Shown here: positions 18,038-28,336 of the stretch, piece after piece
Numbering within the stretch: position 1 is the first letter of the stretch
How the letters are laid out: every line of letters starts with the position of its first letter
Assembly (NCBI GenBank): GCA_046262615.1
Contig: JBHEML010000004.1
Coordinates: 5,596 to 69,595 of the forward strand
Length of the DNA: 64,000 nt
Source of the DNA: Candidatus Limnocylindria bacterium
Lineage (GTDB): Bacteria > Chloroflexota > Limnocylindria > P2-11E
Direction of reading: 5' to 3'
Notes under the pieces: generated by a model
Told to the model about the DNA's origin: nothing
Seen by the model: the letters and a program-made list of their open reading frames with translations, nothing else
The model's database searches: none
Translations under genes and position numbers: made by a program

Positions 18038-19200
18038 CCGTTCCCTTCCGCGCGACGCACGTGGAGGTCGACCTGGACGCGATCGCCGCCAACGTCGCGG
18101 CGATCGCCGCCCACGCGAAGGCCGACGTGATCGCCGTGGTGAAGGCCGACGCGTACGGGCATGGAGCCGAGGCTGTCTCGGAAGCGGCGGTGTCCGCGGG
18201 AGCGGCGCTGCTCGCCGTCGCGACGGTGGAGGAGGGCATGGCGCTGCGCGCCGCCGGCATCGACGCGCCGGTCCTTGTGCTCCTCGGCGCCGCGACCCGC
18301 GCCGAGGCGGACGCGGCGATCGCAGCGGGTCTGACGTCGGTCGTGTGGGATCCCGAGCGCGCGGAACTGCTCGCGGCCGCGGCGCGCGCGGCGCGCACCA
18401 GAGCGAGCGTCCATTTCAAGGTCGACACGGGGCTGACCCGCCTGGGGTCGCTTCTGGATGCCGCGGCCGCGAACTACCGGGAGACGGCGCGCCTGGACGG
18501 GCTCCAGATCGATGGCGCGATGACGCACTACGCCACCGCGGACGACCCCGACCCGGCGTTCGCCGAAGAGCAGTCGCGGCGGTTCGCCCACTTCGTCGAT
18601 GCACTTCCGTCCCGACCCCGCTGGGTGCACGCGTCGGCGAGCGCGGGCGCCGCGGTGCTCGGCGCCGGTCAGGGCTGCAACGCCGTGCGGCCAGGCATCG
18701 CGCTGTACGGGATCGCGCCGGCCGCGCACCTCGCCGGCCGGATCCGCCTCCGACCTGCGCTCACCTGGAGATCCGCCGTGCTGCGCGTCGCGGACGTTCC
18801 GGCGGGCACGGGCGTCTCGTACGGCCATGAGTACCGGCTCGAGCGAGCGGGCCGCATTGCGACGATCCCGGTGGGCTACGGCGATGGACTGCCGCGCGTG
18901 TTCGGCCGTTCCGGGCGGGTCCTCGTGGGTGGCGCGGCGCTGCCCCTCGCGGGCCGCGTCTGCATGGACCTCGTGATGGTGGACGTGACCGCCCAGCCGG
19001 GCGTGCGCGAAGGGGACGAGGTCGTCCTGATCGGCGAGCAGGGCGACGCCGCGTCGTCCGCGGACGACGTCGCCGCCGCGTGCGGCACCATCAGCTACGA
19101 GGTGCTGACCAATATCCGCTCCCGGGTCCCGAGGCGCTACGTCGCCCGCGGCAGGGTCGTCGCGACGAAGACCCTCGTCGGCGGTCACGCCCGATGTTGA
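18034..19200 (+). CDS. alr: alanine racemase. Probable CTG start; first canonical start is GTG 18061.
   Basis: PFRATHVEVDLDAIAANV...AVVKADAYGHG...YGHEY...IPVGYGDG. CTGA overlap with nnrD. Confidence 0.9.
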   Translation: MTVPFRATHVEVDLDAIAANVAAIAAHAKADVIAVVKADAYGHGAEAVSEAAVSAGAALLAVATVEEGMALRAAGIDAPVLVLLGAATRAEADAAIAAGLTSVVWDPERAELLAAAARAARTRASVHFKVDTGLTRLGSLLDAAAANYRETARLDGLQIDGAMTHYATADDPDPAFAEEQSRRFAHFVDALPSRPRWVHASASAGAAVLGAGQGCNAVRPGIALYGIAPAAHLAGRIRLRPALTWRSAVLRVADVPAGTGVSYGHEYRLERAGRIATIPVGYGDGLPRVFGRSGRVLVGGAALPLAGRVCMDLVMVDVTAQPGVREGDEVVLIGEQGDAASSADDVAAACGTISYEVLTNIRSRVPRRYVARGRVVATKTLVGGHARC

Positions 19201-21134
19201 TGTGGCGCCTGAGCGCCGGGCCGGTGCTGAGGAGCGGGGCGCTCATCGTCGCGGCTCTGACGGTGATCGCCGGCTGCACGCCGGCGACGGTCGCGCCGAG
19301 CGCGCCGCCGAGCGCCGTGCCGTCGGGTCCGCGGCCCCCGGAGACCGAGGACATGACCGCGCGGCTCAAGGCGAACGAGCTGCCTGCGGCCGACCTCTTT
19401 GACCTCGTGCGCCGGCTCAAGGGCCTCGATGGCACGCCCGCGGGTCCCTTCGAGCCCGTGCGGACGACGCCACCCGACGAGTCGGTCGGCACGGCCGCGC
19501 AGTTCTGGACCTACGACTTCGACGCCAAGCGCAACACGCGGGTGACGGCGACGCTGCGCCTCGAGACCGAGCACGCGAAGTGGTGGATCGCGAACGACGT
19601 GACGGTCGACGAGGCCAGGCTACGGACGACGGCGGATGTCTTCGAGACCCGCATCTACCCGACCGACCGGCGCGTGTACGGCGAGGAGTGGTCGCCCGGG
19701 ATCGACGGCGATCCGCGGTTGTCGATCATCGTGGCCCGGATCCCGGGACGCGCCGCCGGCTACTTCAGCTCAGCGGACGAGTACCCCGTGTGGACGAACC
19801 AGTACTCGGCGGAGCGTGAGCTCATCTATATCAATTCCCTCGCCGCGCGGTTCGCCACGGATTCCCTGTACAGCGTCCTCGCGCACGAGTTCTGTCACAT
19901 GATCCAATTCAACAAGAGGACGCGCTCGGTCGTGTGGTTCAACGAAGGACAGGCGCAGCTCTGCGAGCGGCTCAACGGCGTGGGCGCGGGCTTCGAGGCG
20001 AACTTCCTCCGCGAGCCGGATACCCAGCTGAACGATTGGCCGGAGCTCGACGACACCGCGATCCTGCACTACGGCGGCAGCTTCCTGTTCCTCGAATACC
20101 TGCGTGAGCGAGCCGGCGGCGAGGCGCTGATCGATGCCTTCATGTCAACGGGCATCGATACGCCCGCCGACCTCGACGCCGTCCTGCGCGCGCGCGGTCA
20201 GCCCGCGCTCGAGGAACTGTTCGCGGACTTCGTCGCCGCAAACGCGTTCGTCGGCGCCGGTGCAGCCGAGCCGCTCACGTACACGGGACTGCGGGTCGCA
20301 TCGCCGGCGACGGCGACCGGCCAGGATCGTCTCGCGTCCGGGGCCTCGCTGCGCTCGTCGGTGCATCAGTACGCCGCGCGCTACGTCGAGCTGCCCAAGT
20401 CGCCGGTGCACGTGACGTTCAGCGGCGCCCGCGCCGCGCGGGTGATCCCCACCTCGGCGCATTCGGGCAAGGCGTTCTGGTGGTCGGATCGCGCCGATGG
20501 GATCGACAGCACGCTCACGAGGACGGTCGACCTGCATGGCGTCACGGCGCCGAAGCTCTCCTTCTGGACGTGGTACGAGCTCGAGCGGGACTTCGACTAC
20601 GCGTACGTCGCCGTCTCCGCGGACGGCGGCGCGCATTGGAAGACGCTGCCATCGGAGGCGACCACCACGAGCGATCCGAACGGGAGCAACCTCGGGAACG
20701 GATTCACCGGGACATCGGGCGGTGCCGTGCCCTCATGGATCCAGCAGACCATCGACCTCGCGCCATACGCGGACCAGCGCATCCTTGTGCGCTTCGAAGC
20801 GGTCACCGATGGCGCGCTCAACCTCAACGGCTTCGCGGTCGACGACATCGAGATACCACAGGCGGGCCTCCGCGACGACGCCGAGGCCGCCGCCGAGTGG
20901 GAGGCGCATGGCTTCATCCGGTCCACGAACGTCCTCGCGCAGCGCTACGTCGTGCAGCTCTTGCGCTTCGGTTCCACTCCGGCGCTGCAGCGCTGGTCGG
21001 TGGACGACGGGACGCTCCAGTTCGACCTCGACGCCAGCGGGGACCGCCGCGCTCCGCTTCTCGCGGTCACCGGCCTCGCGCCGCGGACGACCGAGGTCGC
21101 GCCGTTCGAGCTCAAGGCGGACGCGCGGCCGTGA
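19194..21134 (+). CDS. secreted lipoprotein, MA-clan (gluzincin-like) zinc metallopeptidase
   Basis: Lipobox LTVIAGC after MLMWRLSAGPVL... The motif is HEFCHMIQF...WFNEGQAQ (HExxH + NEG). About 250 aa of C-terminal beta-rich region. Confidence 0.75.
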   Translation: MLMWRLSAGPVLRSGALIVAALTVIAGCTPATVAPSAPPSAVPSGPRPPETEDMTARLKANELPAADLFDLVRRLKGLDGTPAGPFEPVRTTPPDESVGTAAQFWTYDFDAKRNTRVTATLRLETEHAKWWIANDVTVDEARLRTTADVFETRIYPTDRRVYGEEWSPGIDGDPRLSIIVARIPGRAAGYFSSADEYPVWTNQYSAERELIYINSLAARFATDSLYSVLAHEFCHMIQFNKRTRSVVWFNEGQAQLCERLNGVGAGFEANFLREPDTQLNDWPELDDTAILHYGGSFLFLEYLRERAGGEALIDAFMSTGIDTPADLDAVLRARGQPALEELFADFVAANAFVGAGAAEPLTYTGLRVASPATATGQDRLASGASLRSSVHQYAARYVELPKSPVHVTFSGARAARVIPTSAHSGKAFWWSDRADGIDSTLTRTVDLHGVTAPKLSFWTWYELERDFDYAYVAVSADGGAHWKTLPSEATTTSDPNGSNLGNGFTGTSGGAVPSWIQQTIDLAPYADQRILVRFEAVTDGALNLNGFAVDDIEIPQAGLRDDAEAAAEWEAHGFIRSTNVLAQRYVVQLLRFGSTPALQRWSVDDGTLQFDLDASGDRRAPLLAVTGLAPRTTEVAPFELKADARP

Positions 21135-22015
21135 AGCCGGTTCGCACCGCGGTGATCCCGGCCGGCGGGCTCGGCACGCGGTTCCTGCCGTTCAGCCGCA
21201 GCGTTCCGAAGGAGCTGCTCCCGCTCGTCGACACGCCCGTGATCGACCTGGTGGTCAGCGAATGTGCGGCCTCGGGCGTCGAGCGCGTGATCATCGTCGG
21301 AGCGCCGGGGAAGGAATCGCTGCTGTCGTACTTCCGCCCGAACGAGCGGCTCGCCCGCCGACTGGAAGCGGAGGGCCGCCATGGCGAGCTCGGCGCGCTG
21401 CGCCGTCCGGAGCGTCTCGCCGAGGTGACGCTCGTCGTCCAGGAGGAGCCGAAAGGCAACGGCCACGCCGTCCTGGTCGCACGGGACGCCGTCGGCGACG
21501 AGCCATTCGTGATGCTCTGGGGCGACGACATCGTGGTCGGCGGCGACCCCGCCGCGGGCCAGCTCATCGCCGCACGCGAGCGGCTGAGCGGCGGCAGCGT
21601 GGCCGCCGCGATCCGAGTCCCGTGGAGGGACACGTCGCGGTACGGGATCCTCGCCGGAGACCGCATCGACGAACGCACCATCCGCGTGCGTTCCATCGTC
21701 GAAAAGCCGCCCGAGGGCGAGGCACCCAGCGACCTCGCGTCCGTCCACGGCTACCTCCTCGAGCCGGCCATCTTCGACGTCCTCGAGGACCTGTCACCGG
21801 GAAAGTCGGGCGAGGTATGGCTCAGCGATGCCGTGTCGCGGCTCTCAACGCGCACTCCGGTGTGGGGACTCGAGCTGAGCGGCCGGCGGTACGACACGGG
21901 GGACCGGGGCGGCTACGTGCAGGCGTTCGTGGACCAGGCGCTCGCCCGTGAAGACACCGGTCCCGGGCTCCGCGCCCACCTCGTGGACCGGGGCTGGCGC
22001 CCGCCCGACCTCTAG
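21131..22015 (+). CDS. galU: UTP--glucose-1-phosphate uridylyltransferase
   Basis: GTGA overlap start. AVIPAGGLGTRFLPFSRSVPKELLPLVD.PVI...KGNGHAV. Confidence 0.9.
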   Translation: MKPVRTAVIPAGGLGTRFLPFSRSVPKELLPLVDTPVIDLVVSECAASGVERVIIVGAPGKESLLSYFRPNERLARRLEAEGRHGELGALRRPERLAEVTLVVQEEPKGNGHAVLVARDAVGDEPFVMLWGDDIVVGGDPAAGQLIAARERLSGGSVAAAIRVPWRDTSRYGILAGDRIDERTIRVRSIVEKPPEGEAPSDLASVHGYLLEPAIFDVLEDLSPGKSGEVWLSDAVSRLSTRTPVWGLELSGRRYDTGDRGGYVQAFVDQALAREDTGPGLRAHLVDRGWRPPDL

Positions 22016-22091
22016 ACGGACCAGCGGGCGCGACCCATGTTGGGCGCGGCCGGCTCTTGCTACGATCGGGCCGTCCCCTGTTGTCCATCGC

Positions 22092-23240
22092 GTGTTTCGG
22101 CACGCCATCGTCGACAGGGAGCGCGGGGAGGTGGCGATCACAGAGCCAGGCGCACGCACGCGCGTCCTTCGCGGCGCGCGAACGCTCCTGCTGCTCTGCG
22201 CCGCCGGCGGCGCGTCCATCTTCGCCATCAGCTCGTCGGGTGTCCGCGCGGCGGCCGGCGCCGACGGTATTCGCATCGGCCCAGCGGCGCGCGCGAGCAC
22301 CGTGTCGCGCTCGCGTCCGCTCGCGGCGGCAGACGTCGTCAGGAGGGTGACGATCGACATCGACGGGCTCCCGGCGCCCGTCGATGTCAGGACGGGTTCG
22401 ACCGTCGCTGAGGCGCTCACGAGGTTGGGGATCGTCCTTGGGCCGGCGGATGCGCTCTCTGTGCCGCCCGAGACAGAGCTCGCCGAAGGTTCGTCCGTGG
22501 TACTCGATCGTGGCATCCCGATCACGCTCGTCGATGGCGGCGTCGCGCAGCCCGTGCGGAGCCCGAAGGGCACGCTGGCCGACCTCTTGAGCCTCTATCG
22601 CGTGGTCCTTGCTCCCCAGGACGCGCTGGACCGCCCGACCGATACGCCCATCGCCGCGGGCGACGTCGTTCGTATCACGCGCGTGGTCGAGCGGGAGGCG
22701 GTGCAGGTCCTCCCCGCGCCCTTCGCGGTCCAGTACCGCGACGACGCGACGGTCGACGAGGGCACCGAGACGGTGGAGCGCCCGGGCGCGGCCGGCGAGC
22801 TGGTCCAGACATGGCTGATCCGCTACGTCGACGGCGTCGAGGCCTCGCGGGCGTTGGTCGGGACCGCGACCGCGCGGGAAGCGGTAGACGAGGTGCGCGT
22901 GCGCGGGACCCGCGCGCGGGCACAGGCGTCCACGCCGGCCGCCAGCTCTCCGGCGGCGCCGGGGGACATCCGGGGGATCATCATCGCCGCCGCGGCGCGC
23001 TGGGGAGCGAACGCTGACCAGCTCCTGCGCGTCGCCTACTGCGAGAGCGGCTACAACCCGAACGCGTACAACGGCATCCTCGGGGCTTCGGGCCTGTTCC
23101 AGATCATCCCGGGCACGTGGGCCGCTAACAGCGTGCGCGCCGGCTACGGCGGCGCGAGCGTCTTTGACCCGGTCGCCAACGCGAACGTCGCCGCGTACAT
23201 GTTCTCAGTGGGCCAAGCTGGTCAGTGGGTGTGCAAGTAA
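22092..23240 (+). CDS. G5-domain cell-wall hydrolase (RpfB/YabE-like: TM, 2x DUF348, G5, SLT-type transglycosylase)
   Basis: G5-like VVEREAV..LPAPF...TETVERPGAAGE. C-terminus YCESGYNPNA...ASGLFQIIPGTW. Start is GTG 22092 or GTG 22131 (AGGGAG RBS). Synteny with rsmA-ispE. Confidence 0.8.
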   Translation: MFRHAIVDRERGEVAITEPGARTRVLRGARTLLLLCAAGGASIFAISSSGVRAAAGADGIRIGPAARASTVSRSRPLAAADVVRRVTIDIDGLPAPVDVRTGSTVAEALTRLGIVLGPADALSVPPETELAEGSSVVLDRGIPITLVDGGVAQPVRSPKGTLADLLSLYRVVLAPQDALDRPTDTPIAAGDVVRITRVVEREAVQVLPAPFAVQYRDDATVDEGTETVERPGAAGELVQTWLIRYVDGVEASRALVGTATAREAVDEVRVRGTRARAQASTPAASSPAAPGDIRGIIIAAAARWGANADQLLRVAYCESGYNPNAYNGILGASGLFQIIPGTWAANSVRAGYGGASVFDPVANANVAAYMFSVGQAGQWVCK

Positions 23241-23274
23241 CGACGTAGCCCGCAGAGGCCCTTAGCCTCTTCCG

Positions 23275-24126
23275 ATGGAGCTCAGCGATCCGCGCGCGCT
23301 GCGCGCGCTGCTCGACAGGCACGGCGTCCGAGCGGCAAAGCGCTATGGGCAGCATTTCCTGGTCGATCGCTCTGTCCTCCGGGCGATCATCGACGCGGCC
23401 GAGATCGGCAGCGACGACGACGTGCTGGAGGTCGGCCCAGGCCCTGGCGTGCTCACCCGCGCGCTGTCGGAACGCGCCCGGTCCGTCGCCGCGGTCGAGG
23501 CGGATCCGCGGATGCTCGACCTCGCTCGCGAGGCGCTGGCGGACCGGGGCAACGTCCTTCTCGCGCATGCGAACGCGCTCGAGGTCGACCTGTACGCGGT
23601 CGGACCGTCTCCGCCGACGCGGATCGTCGCGAACCTGCCGTACCGCATCACGTCGCCGCTGCTCGAGCGCTTCCTTGCCCATCCGCGCCGGCCACCGCTG
23701 GTCGTCGTCCTGGTGCAGGAAGAGGTCGCCCGGCGGATCGTCGCGGACCCGAGCGACGCGCGCGAGCGCGGCTACCTTTCGGTCTTCGTCCAAGCCTTCG
23801 CGGAGCCCCGCATCGTGCGCCGCGTTCCCGCGCGCGCGTTCCGCCCGCCCCCCAAGGTCGGCTCCGCCGTCGTCGCCATGCGGACCCGCGCCGTCCCGGC
23901 CTTCGCGCCGCTCGACCAGCGCCGGTTCCTGCGCCTGGTCAGCGACGCCTTCCGCCACCGCCGGAAGCAGCTCGGCAGCGCGCTGACCTTCGAGGCGGGG
24001 GCGTCTAGGGAGGCGGCCGCACGGGCGCTTTCGGCGGCTGGCATCGAACCGCGCCGGCGGCCGGAAGAGCTCTCGATGGCGGAGTGGGTGGCGCTCGCGG
24101 GCGCCATGGGCGTGCCCCCCGCATGA
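23275..24126 (+). CDS. rsmA: 16S rRNA (adenine1518/1519-N6)-dimethyltransferase
   Basis: KRYGQHFLVD......VLEVGPGPGVLT...ANLPYRITSP. Confidence 0.95.
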   Translation: MELSDPRALRALLDRHGVRAAKRYGQHFLVDRSVLRAIIDAAEIGSDDDVLEVGPGPGVLTRALSERARSVAAVEADPRMLDLAREALADRGNVLLAHANALEVDLYAVGPSPPTRIVANLPYRITSPLLERFLAHPRRPPLVVVLVQEEVARRIVADPSDARERGYLSVFVQAFAEPRIVRRVPARAFRPPPKVGSAVVAMRTRAVPAFAPLDQRRFLRLVSDAFRHRRKQLGSALTFEAGASREAAARALSAAGIEPRRRPEELSMAEWVALAGAMGVPPA

Positions 24127-24163
24127 AAGGGGATGGAGCGCTCGCCCCGGGCCGACGACGGCG

Positions 24164-25036
24164 GTGAGCCGAAGCGTCGCGATCCTCGCCCCGGCGAAAG
24201 TGAACCTCACGCTCGAGGTCCTCGGGCGCCGTCCCGACGGGTACCACGAGCTGCGCGGGATGTTCGCGACGATCGGACTGGCCGACCGCGTCCGTGTCGC
24301 TCCGTCGCCCCGGTTGGACGTGCGGATCGTTCCGCCGCTGGCCGACCACGATGGGGACGACCTCGCCACGCGCGCGCTTCGCGCCATCGCCGAGGCCACC
24401 GGCCGCGACCCGCGCGCCGCTGTGCGCGTCCGCAAGCGGATCCCGGTGGCTGCGGGACTCGGGGGCGGATCGAGCGACGCGGCAGCGGTGCTTCACGCGC
24501 TGGCCGCGCTCTGGCGCGTCGACGGGATCGACCTCGTCACGCTCGGCGCGCGGGTCGGATCCGATGTGCCGTTCTTCGCGGCGCGCGTCCCATTCGCCGC
24601 CGTCTCGGGACGGGGTGAGATCGTGCGGCCGGTCCCCGCCCCGGCTGACGCGTTGTGGCTGGCGCTCGTGACCCTCAGGGCGAGGCTCTCGACGGCCGCG
24701 GTCTTCGCATCCCACCAACAGGTGGCGCCGCGCGAGGGTGCTGCCACAGCCCACCTCGTCGACGCGTTCGCGCGCGGCACGGCCGACGCGGCGACGATCC
24801 GACGCCTCGCCCGCAACGACCTTCTCGCAGCCGCCGAGCGCCTCGCGCCCGCGATTGCCGGCGCCCGCTCCCGGGCGGCGGCGCACGGCATAGCGCTCCA
24901 CCTTTCGGGCAGCGGGCCGAGCCTCTTCGCGGTGGCGGACGATCGCGGCGATGCCCTGCGCACCGCGCGGATCCTTCGCCGGCTGGGTCTTCGCGCCCGC
25001 GCCACCGTCCTCGGGTACGTGGCCGACGCGCCGTGA
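24164..25036 (+). CDS. ispE: 4-diphosphocytidyl-2-C-methyl-D-erythritol kinase
   Basis: APAKVNLTLEVLGRRPDGYHEL...KRIPVAAGLGGGSSDAAAVL...GSGPSLF. Confidence 0.93.
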   Translation: MSRSVAILAPAKVNLTLEVLGRRPDGYHELRGMFATIGLADRVRVAPSPRLDVRIVPPLADHDGDDLATRALRAIAEATGRDPRAAVRVRKRIPVAAGLGGGSSDAAAVLHALAALWRVDGIDLVTLGARVGSDVPFFAARVPFAAVSGRGEIVRPVPAPADALWLALVTLRARLSTAAVFASHQQVAPREGAATAHLVDAFARGTADAATIRRLARNDLLAAAERLAPAIAGARSRAAAHGIALHLSGSGPSLFAVADDRGDALRTARILRRLGLRARATVLGYVADAP

Positions 25037-25203
25037 GCGGCGTGCGGCGACCGGTGCCGTCCGTGCGCGTTTGAGTTCGGGAGTCCTGGCGAACGCTTCG
25101 AACGCGGCCGCGAACGTCGGGCGGGAACGCCCGCGGGTCAAAGTCTCGCGCGGCCGACCGAGCGCTGTCACTCTAAGGTGTGCGCGTGGAACCGAAGGGT
25201 GAC

Positions 25204-25542
25204 ATGACGGTGCGACAGGCCGGGCAGAAGGGCGGCAACTCCACCGCGGGCAAGCACGGCTCGTCCTTTTACCGGGAGATCGGAAAGCGCGGCGGGCAGG
25301 CCCGCAAGGGACAGCTCGGGCCCGGCGGCTACGCGAGCCTCGGGCGCAAAGGTGGCGAGGCGCGGAAGACCCAGCTCGGCGCCGAGGGCTACTCGAGGCT
25401 CGGCCGCAAGGGCGGCGAAGCGCGCAAGAGCCAGCTCGGACCTGAGGGTTACGCCCAGCTGGGCCGCAAGGGCGGCCGGCGCGTCGCCGAGCTCATCCGC
25501 AGGGGAAAGGGATCCGACCAGGGCGGCGACCAGGGAAGCTGA
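25204..25542 (+). CDS. KGG-repeat general stress protein (GsiB/YciG-like)
   Basis: Four copies of [18 protein letters not shown] 25204 with AAGGG RBS (the track starts at GTG 25180). Confidence 0.8.
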   Translation: MTVRQAGQKGGNSTAGKHGSSFYREIGKRGGQARKGQLGPGGYASLGRKGGEARKTQLGAEGYSRLGRKGGEARKSQLGPEGYAQLGRKGGRRVAELIRRGKGSDQGGDQGS

Positions 25543-25568
25543 CACTACACTTTGGCCCCATGTCCCTT

Positions 25569-25639
25569 TGGGGCGTGGCCAAGTGGTAAGGCAGCGGACT
25601 TTGGATCCGCTATCCCAGGTTCGAATCCTGGCGCCCCAG
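25569..25639 (+). tRNA. tRNA-Gln (anticodon UUG)
   Basis: Hand-folded cloverleaf: acceptor UGGGGCG/CGCCCCA (U1-A72), anticodon stem GCGGA/UCCGC, loop CUUUGGA, T-arm CCAGG-UUCGAAU-CCUGG, G73. CCA not encoded. Confidence 0.9.
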
Positions 25640-25667
25640 CCCGCCCGCTGATCTCCGCCCTCCCCCG

Positions 25668-27023
25668 ATGACCGAGATCGCGTTCGTCCTCGCAGGCGGG
25701 CTCAGCACGCGGATGCGCTCGAAGGTGTCCAAGGTGCTCCACCCGATCGCCGGCAGGCCGCTGCTCGCGCACGTGCTCGAAACGTGCGCTCGCCTGGGCG
25801 CCCGTCCGGTGGTCGTGCTCTCGGGGGGGAGTGAGGCCGCGAGGGCGCTGGTGCCCGAGACCGGGAGCGTCGTCATCCAGGAGCCGCCGCATGGGACGGG
25901 GCATGCCGTCCAGGTGGCGCTCGCCGAGACGACCGAGGAGACCGGACGCGCCTACCTCGTGTACGGGGACACGGTCCTCGTACGCCCCCAGACGCTGAGC
26001 CGCATGTCCGCGCTCCTGGACGAGCGCGACGCGGTGCTGACGATCCTCACCGGCGAGGGTCTGCCGAGTTACGGCCGGGTCATCCGCGGCGCCGGCGGCG
26101 ACGTCGAGCGGATCGTCGAGGTGCGCCTGGCGACCGCCGAGGAGCGCGCGCTGACGGAGCGGAACCTCGGCGCGTACGCGGTCGACCTCGCGTGGCTGCG
26201 CGCCGCGGCGGAGCGCCTGGTGCCCAACGACACGGGGGAGATCTTTTTCACCGACGTCGTCGCGCTTGCGAGGTTGGACGGCCGCCGCGTCGCCGCGCTG
26301 CGCACCGACGATCCGACCGAGGGACTCGGCGTCAACACGCGCGCCGAGCTCGCGCGCGTCGAGAAGGCGCTGCGCGACCGGATCCGCGAACGTCACATGC
26401 TCGCGGGCGTCACGCTTCGCGATCCCGGCTCGACGGACATCGACGCGGACGTGGAGATCGGCGAGGACACCGTCGTGGACCGCGGATGTGTGCTCGAGGG
26501 GCGGACGCGCATCGGAGGGGAATGCCGGATCGGTCCCTATGCCGTGATCCGCGACTCCATCCTCGGCGAGCGCTGCCGCGTCGAGGCCTCCGTCCTGGAG
26601 GGCGCGACGCTCGAGGATGAGGTGCGCATCGGGCCGTACTCGCACCTGCGGCCCGGCGCCTACCTCGAACGCGGCGTCGAGATGGGCAACTTCGGCGAGG
26701 TCAAGAACGCGCGGCTGCGCTCGCGGACGAAGATGCATCACTTCTCGTACGTCGGCGATGCCGAGATCGGCGAGCGCGTGAACATCGGCGCAGGGACGAT
26801 CACGCTCAACTACGACGGCGTTCGCAAACACCGGACCGAGGTCGGCGACGACGCCTTCATCGGGTCGGACACCCTGCTGCGCGCGCCGGTGCGGGTGGGA
26901 AAGGGCGCGGCGACCGGTGCGGGCGCGGTGGTCACGAAGGATGTGCCCGACGGCATGCTGGCGGTGGGTATGCCCGCGCGAGCCATCAAGAAGGCGGCGC
27001 CCCGCCCGCGGCGGGCCGAATGA
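25668..27023 (+). CDS. glmU: bifunctional GlcNAc-1-P uridyltransferase / GlcN-1-P acetyltransferase
   Basis: LAGGLSTRMRS...HGTGHAV. C-terminal left-handed beta-helix hexapeptide repeats: ...NYDG..KH.T.VGD.AFIGS. Confidence 0.95.
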   Translation: MTEIAFVLAGGLSTRMRSKVSKVLHPIAGRPLLAHVLETCARLGARPVVVLSGGSEAARALVPETGSVVIQEPPHGTGHAVQVALAETTEETGRAYLVYGDTVLVRPQTLSRMSALLDERDAVLTILTGEGLPSYGRVIRGAGGDVERIVEVRLATAEERALTERNLGAYAVDLAWLRAAAERLVPNDTGEIFFTDVVALARLDGRRVAALRTDDPTEGLGVNTRAELARVEKALRDRIRERHMLAGVTLRDPGSTDIDADVEIGEDTVVDRGCVLEGRTRIGGECRIGPYAVIRDSILGERCRVEASVLEGATLEDEVRIGPYSHLRPGAYLERGVEMGNFGEVKNARLRSRTKMHHFSYVGDAEIGERVNIGAGTITLNYDGVRKHRTEVGDDAFIGSDTLLRAPVRVGKGAATGAGAVVTKDVPDGMLAVGMPARAIKKAAPRPRRAE

Positions 27024-28336
27024 GCGGCGCGGACTTCCAGTTCCTCTCGCTCGAGCTGCTGCTCGTCGCGATCCTCGCGGTGCTCGCGGCAAGCGAGTCC
27101 GCCCTCCACGCCATCAGGCGGCCGCATCTCATCGAGCAGCTCGCCGAGCGTGGCCGTCGGGGCCGCCGGGCGGGCACGATGGGCAGCAGATCCATCGAGT
27201 ACCTCGCGGCGATCCAGGTCAGCGAGTTCTTCGTGACCTTCGCGTACGCGGGTATCGGGGCCGCGTTCATCGCCCCGCGGCTATCCCAGCTGCTGCGCTT
27301 CTTCTTCGGCATCGAAGCCTTCTTCGGCGACATTTCCGCCGTGGTCGTGACCGTCGCGATCCTGTCGCTGGTCGCGGTGCTGGGCGGTCTCTTCGTCCCG
27401 CGCGCGATCGGCGCGCGCCACTCCCAGGCCGTCCTCCTGGTGCTCGTGTGGCCGATCCTCTTCGTCACATGGGTAACGCGCCCTCTCGTGGCGGTGCTGT
27501 TCTTCCTGACCCAGATGCTGACCCGGCCGTTCGGCGCCAATCCGAGCTCGGGGACGCTCGTCAGCGAGGAGGAGATCAGGGCACTCGTCGAGACCGGCGA
27601 GGAGCAGGGGGTGCTCGAAGAGAGCGAGCGCGACATGATCGATTCTGTGTTCGCGCTCAGCGAGAAGCACGTGCACGAGGTGATGGTCCCTCGCACCGAC
27701 ATCGTCGCGCTGGACGTGCACACGCCCGGCGACGCGGTGCTCGAACAGATCGTCAAGGTCGGCCATTCCCGGATCCCGGTCTTCGAGGGGTCGCCGGACT
27801 CGATCATCGGCGTGCTCTACGTGAAGGACGTCTTCCGCCGGCTGGCGCGCGGCGAGAGACCCGATGATCTGCGGCGGTATGTGCGGCCGGCGCAGTTCGT
27901 CCCAGAAACGAAGAAGGTCGACGAGCTCCTGCGCGAGATGCAGCGCGAGAAAGTCCACATGGCCATCGTCGTCGATGAATACGGCGGCACCGCCGGGCTG
28001 GTGACGATCGAGGATCTCGTCGAGGAGATCGTGGGAGAGATCCGCGACGAGTACGACGTCGAGCAGGAGCTGGTGCTGCCGGTCTCCGAGCACGAGGCGC
28101 TCATGGACGGGCGCGTGCCGTTCGAGGACGTGCGCGAGACCTTCGACATCGACCTCGAGCAATCGGACGACTACGACACTCTCGCCGGATTCATCGTCGA
28201 CCGGCTCGGCCGGTTTCCCAAGGTCGGCGAGATCGTCCAGCACGGGGATGTGAAGTTCGTCGTGGAGAGCGTGGACGGACGGCGCATCCGGCGCGTGCGC
28301 GTTCTGCGGTCGGTCGCCGTCACGCAGGGCTCGTGA
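27020..28336 (+). CDS. CNNM/hemolysin-family membrane protein (DUF21-CBS pair-CorC_HlyC)
   Basis: N-terminal 4 TM helices. VMVPRTDIV...[20 protein letters not shown]...[26 protein letters not shown]. Confidence 0.9.
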   Translation: MSGADFQFLSLELLLVAILAVLAASESALHAIRRPHLIEQLAERGRRGRRAGTMGSRSIEYLAAIQVSEFFVTFAYAGIGAAFIAPRLSQLLRFFFGIEAFFGDISAVVVTVAILSLVAVLGGLFVPRAIGARHSQAVLLVLVWPILFVTWVTRPLVAVLFFLTQMLTRPFGANPSSGTLVSEEEIRALVETGEEQGVLEESERDMIDSVFALSEKHVHEVMVPRTDIVALDVHTPGDAVLEQIVKVGHSRIPVFEGSPDSIIGVLYVKDVFRRLARGERPDDLRRYVRPAQFVPETKKVDELLREMQREKVHMAIVVDEYGGTAGLVTIEDLVEEIVGEIRDEYDVEQELVLPVSEHEALMDGRVPFEDVRETFDIDLEQSDDYDTLAGFIVDRLGRFPKVGEIVQHGDVKFVVESVDGRRIRRVRVLRSVAVTQGS

